The translations under genes were made by a program, and so were the position numbers. A stretch of DNA of 10,847 nucleotides from a bacterium (GTDB lineage Bacteria; Sysuimicrobiota; Sysuimicrobiia; Sysuimicrobiales; Kaftiobacteriaceae), in NCBI GenBank assembly GCA_044868695.1, contig JBIOWP010000035.1:1-10847 (forward strand). Reading direction: 5' to 3'. Shown one piece after another: positions 6,833 to 10,847 of this stretch; positions within the stretch are counted from its first letter, which is position 1, and the number at the start of each line of letters is the position of its first letter. A model generated the notes under the pieces. The model searched no databases and was not told where the DNA came from. It saw only the letters and a list, made by a program, of their open reading frames with translations.

Positions 6833-7377
6833 ACGGTTTCCTCCAGCTCGCCGGGCTCGCGCTCGTCGGTCTCCGGCCACTGGCCGGTCCGCAGGGCAAT
6901 GATGCAGCGCAAGACCTGGGCGAACCCCTGGAGGAGGAGCAGGAAGGCCGCGATGGGGATGGTCGCCTTGAGCGGGTAGATCGGCCGCCGGTACGGGCTG
7001 AAGGCCGAGGTTTCACGGATCACAAACGAATCCCAGAAGAAGTCCGCCCCCACCCACAGCAGCGCCATCATGGCGGGAAAGAAGACCAGCAGGTACAGCG
7101 TGAGATCGATCGTCGCCTGCGTTCGCACCGGGAAATTTCGGTAGAAAATATCACCCCGGACATGCGCGTTCTTGGAGAGCGTGTACGCGGACGCGAGCAT
7201 GAAGTACGCCCCGTACATCATCAGGCTGGTGTCGAACGCCCACGTGGTCGGGGCGCTGAAGAAATAGCGGGCGAACACTTCGTATCCGATCGAAAAGGTC
7301 AGCGGCAGGATGATCCAGCCAGAGGCTTTCCCGACGAACGCGCTGATCGCGCTAATACGCCTGATCGCCTGTTCCAA
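6829..7377 (-). CDS. dctQ: TRAP transporter small permease subunit
   Basis: 182 aa with 4 hydrophobic segments and motifs YEVFARYFFSAPTTWA and HVRGDIFY. TTG start with GGGAGG upstream; lies between dctP and dctM. Confidence 0.92.
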   Translation of the reverse strand: MEQAIRRISAISAFVGKASGWIILPLTFSIGYEVFARYFFSAPTTWAFDTSLMMYGAYFMLASAYTLSKNAHVRGDIFYRNFPVRTQATIDLTLYLLVFFPAMMALLWVGADFFWDSFVIRETSAFSPYRRPIYPLKATIPIAAFLLLLQGFAQVLRCIIALRTGQWPETDEREPGELEETV

Positions 7378-7426
7378 CGGACGCGCGCCTCCCTCTCAGA
7401 TCCTCAGTGCGGGGGGACGGCCGAAA

Positions 7427-7470
7427 GGTCAGGGCGCACCGCCCGGATACCGCGGCTGCGCGCCCTGACC
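7427..7470. promoter_or_regulatory. GC-rich stem-loop between dctP and dctQ
   Basis: Perfect 11-bp arms GGTCAGGGCGC (7427-7437) and GCGCCCTGACC (7460-7470), with inner CCGC/GCGG pairing. It lies 7 nt past the dctP stop. A 3-U run follows on the minus strand. Confidence 0.7.
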
Positions 7471-7477
7471 GGTATGG

Positions 7478-8626
7478 CTACTTCTTGAAGTAGTGATCAA
7501 ACGCCGGCCGGTTGTCCACGTAGATCCGCTGCTTCCACGCGACAACCCGCTTCGCCCATTCCTTCTGGCTGGCGACGATCTTGGCGAAGGTGGGGTTTGC
7601 CTTCGAGTTCGTCTCGATCAGCTTGTCCCACGCCGTGAGTTGGGCTTCCAACACCGACTTCGGCGTGACGAAAACCCGCACGCCTCGCTTCGTCTCGAAC
7701 TCTTCCAGGTCCCGGCTATTGCGATCGATCATCTTGTACTGGAAGTCGGCCGACTCAGCGAAGATCGCCCCTCGGACGATGGCTTTCAAGTCCGCGGGTA
7801 GCGGATCCCACTTGGCTTTGTTGATGATGAACTCCAGGGTCTCCACCGGCTGGTGATAGCTCTGGAGCATATAGACCTTGCGCACATCCGGGAAGCCCAG
7901 CGCCTTGTCCGACGTCGGGTTGTTGAACTCAGCGCCGTCGATGACGCCTCGCTCCAGCGCGGGAACAATCTCTCCGCCGGGAAGGGTGACAACGGATGCT
8001 CCCAGTTCCCGGAAGAGGTCCGCTGAGAGACCCACGGTCCTGTACTTCGTGCGTTTGAGCTGGTCGGGGTTAAGGATGGGGTTCCTGAACCAGCCCAGCG
8101 GCTGTGTCGGCATCGGTCCCAGCAGGAACCCGACGACGTTCATCCGCATCTCCCGCGTAATCAGATCCTGATACATATCGAACCCGCCGCCGTAGTAGAA
8201 CCAGGACAGCAGGTCGATCGCGTCCATGCCAAATGACGGGCCTGTGCCGAACAGGCTGAACGCGGGATTGCGGGAGTACCAGTACGCGGGAACCGCGTAG
8301 CCGCCGTCGAGCACGCCACGGTTCGCGCCGTCGATGATGTCAAACGTTCCTACGACGGCGCCGGACGGCAGCACGTCGATCTTCAGGCGGCCGCCGGCCA
8401 TCTCGTCGACCTTCTTGGCCCAGTCCACAAACGAGACGTTGAGCTCGTCGCGCGTGGCAAACCCGGACTGGACTTTCCACACAATCGGCGCCTGTGCGGA
8501 CACCGTGTTGATCGATGGCCACTTGACAGTCGCGGCCGCCACACCGGCACCGGCGGCAACCGCGGTCCGGAGGAAGTCTCTGCGTGAGGATTTTGTGGTG
8601 GCTCGCACCTTTCCCCTTCTTTTCAT
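7478..8626 (-). CDS. dctP: TRAP transporter substrate-binding protein (TakP-like, keto-acid/monocarboxylate type) with Tat signal
   Basis: Twin-arginine motif SRRDFL followed by an Ala-rich h-region. DctP motifs include WKVQS, GGRLKIDVLPSGAVV, KYRTVG (conserved carboxylate-binding Arg) and GGEIVPALERGVIDGAEF. ATG 8626 is preferred because AGGGGAG lies 6 nt upstream; 8632 and 8644 are alternatives. Confidence 0.92.
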   Translation of the reverse strand: MKRRGKVRATTKSSRRDFLRTAVAAGAGVAAATVKWPSINTVSAQAPIVWKVQSGFATRDELNVSFVDWAKKVDEMAGGRLKIDVLPSGAVVGTFDIIDGANRGVLDGGYAVPAYWYSRNPAFSLFGTGPSFGMDAIDLLSWFYYGGGFDMYQDLITREMRMNVVGFLLGPMPTQPLGWFRNPILNPDQLKRTKYRTVGLSADLFRELGASVVTLPGGEIVPALERGVIDGAEFNNPTSDKALGFPDVRKVYMLQSYHQPVETLEFIINKAKWDPLPADLKAIVRGAIFAESADFQYKMIDRNSRDLEEFETKRGVRVFVTPKSVLEAQLTAWDKLIETNSKANPTFAKIVASQKEWAKRVVAWKQRIYVDNRPAFDHYFKK

Positions 8627-8721
8627 GGGCATCTCCCCTTTCACGTCTCCCGTGGCTTAGCCGCCCTATTACGCCGTGGTTGCGGTACGGTCCTTCCCGC
8701 TGCACCCGCAGATGTGTAACA

Positions 8722-8755
8722 TCCCTGTACCGCTCCACTCGTTCGGGTACAGGGA
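8722..8755. repeat. 10-bp inverted repeat in the divergent dctP / DUF2207 intergenic region
   Basis: TCCCTGTACC (8722-8731), 14-nt spacer, GGTACAGGGA (8746-8755). Confidence 0.7.
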
Positions 8756-8787
8756 GGTCCCGTCGCACGCCGAAACACACCCAGGCG

Positions 8788-10623
8788 ATGCGCCGCCTGC
8801 TCCTGCCGGGGCTGCTGGTCTTCCTCCTGGCGCCCGCCGCGTGGGCGAAAAGCTACGACCACCCGCGTATCGAGCAGGTCTTTCAACTCCTGCCCAACGG
8901 CGACGCCGTCGTCGACGACGTCCGGACCTTCAGGTTCGACGGCTCGTTCAGCTGGGCGGAACTACGCCTGCACACCAGCGGCCGGTACGGCCGGTACGAC
9001 GTCGAGTACCTGGGCGTCTGGGACGCCGATACTCGCCAGCCACTGCGAATAGAGCGCTCCTCAGAGGGTGCCGACCGAATCCTGCGGTGGTACTACCAAG
9101 CGGACAACACCACCAGGCGGTTCCTTCTCCGGTACCGGATCATCGGAGCCGTCCAGCGGTACGGGGATGTCGCACAGTTCTATTGGAAGGCCATCGAGGA
9201 CGATCATGCGCCGATCCGGCAGGTGCAGATCGCCGTGGTCCCCCCCGGGCCCAGCCCGGCGCAGTTCAAGGTCTTTGTGCACAGCCGCGCGGCGCCGGGG
9301 ACCCTCCAGTTCGATACCGACTTCAGCCGCGCCGTCATCACGCAGAGCGTCATCCCCGAAACCAGCTTTGTAGAGGTCCGAGCGTTCCTCGACTCCTCGC
9401 TGTTCCTCCAGGCGCCGTTGCGCATCGGCCAGACGGTCGAATCGCTGCTGGACGATGAGCGCAGGCAGGGTGGGACGAGCTGGCTGGAGTGGCTGGCCTC
9501 GGCCGGGTCCGTGCTGGCGGGCGTGCTCGCCGTGGCGCTGGTTGTCGGGTACGTGTGGGTGTACCTGCGGTACGGCAAGGAATGGGGCGTGATGTATGAC
9601 GCACCCTACGAGCGCGATCCGCCGCGTCCCCTGCCTCCCGCCGTCGTCCCCGCCATCCTGACCCAGACCAAAGTCCAAAACGCCGAACTGGCCAAGGGGT
9701 TTGCGGCCACGCTCCTGGAGGCGGCTCGGCTCGGCTACCTGGGGATCGAGGAGGTGCAGGACCGCGGCCTGCTGGGGACGGGGCTGTTCAAGGACACCGA
9801 TCTCGTCTACCGCCTGACCAAGAAAGGCCAGGACCTCCTGCGCGGCGCCACCCCGGAACGAAAGTCCGGCGAACGGGCCCTGGAACCGTTCGAGGTCGAG
9901 GTCCTGGAAGCCGTGTTCCGCATAGCCGGCAGCGGCGATATCGTCACGAGCGATCAGATTGAAAGCTGGGGAAAGAAAATTGTCGCGAGCAAGTCCAACT
10001 TCCTCCGGTTCGTGGAAGGCTGGGGGCCGCGCCTCCGCGGCTGGTTCGAGCGCCAGTTCTTTCCCCTCGACGATCCCCGCAGCGAGCGGGCCCGGATCGC
10101 GTTCATCGTCGTCGCAGCCATTGTCGTGCTCGTGACCTTTCCCCTTGGATTCGGACGCTCCGTGTTCGTCATCGGTCCGGTCGGGACCGTCCTCATCGCC
10201 GTAGCCTGGAAGAGTCTGGTGCGGCGTAGCCCGCAGGCCGCCCTGGAAGTAAAACGCTGGGACGCCTTCCGGCGCTTCATGACCGATTTCTCCGCTATGA
10301 AAGACGCCGGGCCGCAGTTGCTGCCCTTGTGGGAGCACTACCTGGTATACGCGACCGCCCTCGGGGTGGCCGACCGGCTGCTGGCAAACCTCAAGCTGGT
10401 CGCCGCCGAACTGAACCAATCGATTCCCACGGCCCGCTGGTACTCCGGCCGGGGCGGCACCGGAGGGCCGGGCATGTCACTGGCCTCGCTGGAGTCGCTG
10501 ACCCGGTCGTTTGAGAACTTCCAGAACCTGTCGCGGGCCCTGTCGAGCTCGACCGGCACCGGAGGGGGGTTCAGCGGGGGAGGCGGCGGGGGTGGAGGCG
10601 GAGGCGGCAGCCGCGCTGGATAG
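8788..10623 (+). CDS. DUF2207-type predicted membrane protein
   Basis: Signal peptide MRRLLLPGLLVFLLAPAAWA|KSY from ATG 8788 (611 aa), an extracytoplasmic N-domain (YRIIGAVQRYGDVAQFYWKAI), about 3 TM segments, YERDPP..PPA, and C-terminal WDAFRRFM...LWEHYLVYATALGVA with a GGGFSGGGGGGGGGG tail. This architecture is characteristic of the family. Confidence 0.85.
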   Translation: MRRLLLPGLLVFLLAPAAWAKSYDHPRIEQVFQLLPNGDAVVDDVRTFRFDGSFSWAELRLHTSGRYGRYDVEYLGVWDADTRQPLRIERSSEGADRILRWYYQADNTTRRFLLRYRIIGAVQRYGDVAQFYWKAIEDDHAPIRQVQIAVVPPGPSPAQFKVFVHSRAAPGTLQFDTDFSRAVITQSVIPETSFVEVRAFLDSSLFLQAPLRIGQTVESLLDDERRQGGTSWLEWLASAGSVLAGVLAVALVVGYVWVYLRYGKEWGVMYDAPYERDPPRPLPPAVVPAILTQTKVQNAELAKGFAATLLEAARLGYLGIEEVQDRGLLGTGLFKDTDLVYRLTKKGQDLLRGATPERKSGERALEPFEVEVLEAVFRIAGSGDIVTSDQIESWGKKIVASKSNFLRFVEGWGPRLRGWFERQFFPLDDPRSERARIAFIVVAAIVVLVTFPLGFGRSVFVIGPVGTVLIAVAWKSLVRRSPQAALEVKRWDAFRRFMTDFSAMKDAGPQLLPLWEHYLVYATALGVADRLLANLKLVAAELNQSIPTARWYSGRGGTGGPGMSLASLESLTRSFENFQNLSRALSSSTGTGGGFSGGGGGGGGGGGSRAG

Positions 10624-10847
10624 TCAGGGGGATGCCGCGGCCTGAGTGCTGGGAGTCTTGCGCGCTCCTGTGTCTCGCATCAACTTCACAAAGACGGCCG
10701 CCACGCGCGGATCGAAGTGCGAGCCGGCATCACGCTCCACACGCGCAAGCGCCTCCTGAACCGGAAGCGCCTTCCGGTAGACCCGCTCGTCGGTCATCGC
10801 CTCGTACGCATCCACCACTGCCACGATCCTCGCAATCACAGGGATGG
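10624..10847 (-). CDS. HD-GYP domain protein (cyclic di-nucleotide phosphodiesterase-like), C-terminal fragment
   Basis: Runs in from the right edge: IPVIARIVAVVDAYEAMTDERVYRKALPVQEAL...GSHFDPRV matches the HD-GYP C-terminal pattern IP..ARI.AV.D.FDAM...R.YR.....G..FDP. The HD and GYP motifs themselves lie outside the window. Confidence 0.88.
   Translation of the reverse strand, partial: IPVIARIVAVVDAYEAMTDERVYRKALPVQEALARVERDAGSHFDPRVAAVFVKLMRDTGARKTPSTQAAASP

Noticed and set aside
8584..8787. 68-aa N-terminal extension of the DUF2207 ORF
   Set aside because: It overlaps the dctP start and the intergenic dyads. The signal peptide begins at ATG 8788.
10554..10612. G-rich tract as a G-quadruplex or microsatellite
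   Set aside because: Explained by the poly-Gly tail typical of DUF2207 proteins, encoded with mixed Gly codons.

Overview
GC-rich bacterial window with mostly housekeeping and transport genes. Left to right: (1) the N-terminus of an Lhr-family SF2 helicase (minus strand, ATG at 450, missing from the ORF track), broken by a fold-back inversion at the left edge that is probably an artefact; (2) an intergenic region with two ~25-bp palindromic REP-like repeats; (3) a minus-strand cluster of a small basic hypothetical protein, an ABC-2 (DrrA-like) ATPase and two permeases, with the hypothetical gene bracketed by degenerate 9-bp tandem repeats; (4) a GabD-like aldehyde dehydrogenase with an altered active-site loop; (5) a complete minus-strand TRAP transporter (Tat-exported keto-acid/monocarboxylate-type DctP, DctQ, DctM); (6) a DUF2207-type membrane protein; (7) the C-terminus of an HD-GYP protein. 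I saw no CRISPR array, RNA gene or transposase. The best candidates for undescribed biology are the repeat-flanked 168-aa gene and the paired palindromes. All family calls come from motif recognition by eye, not database searches.
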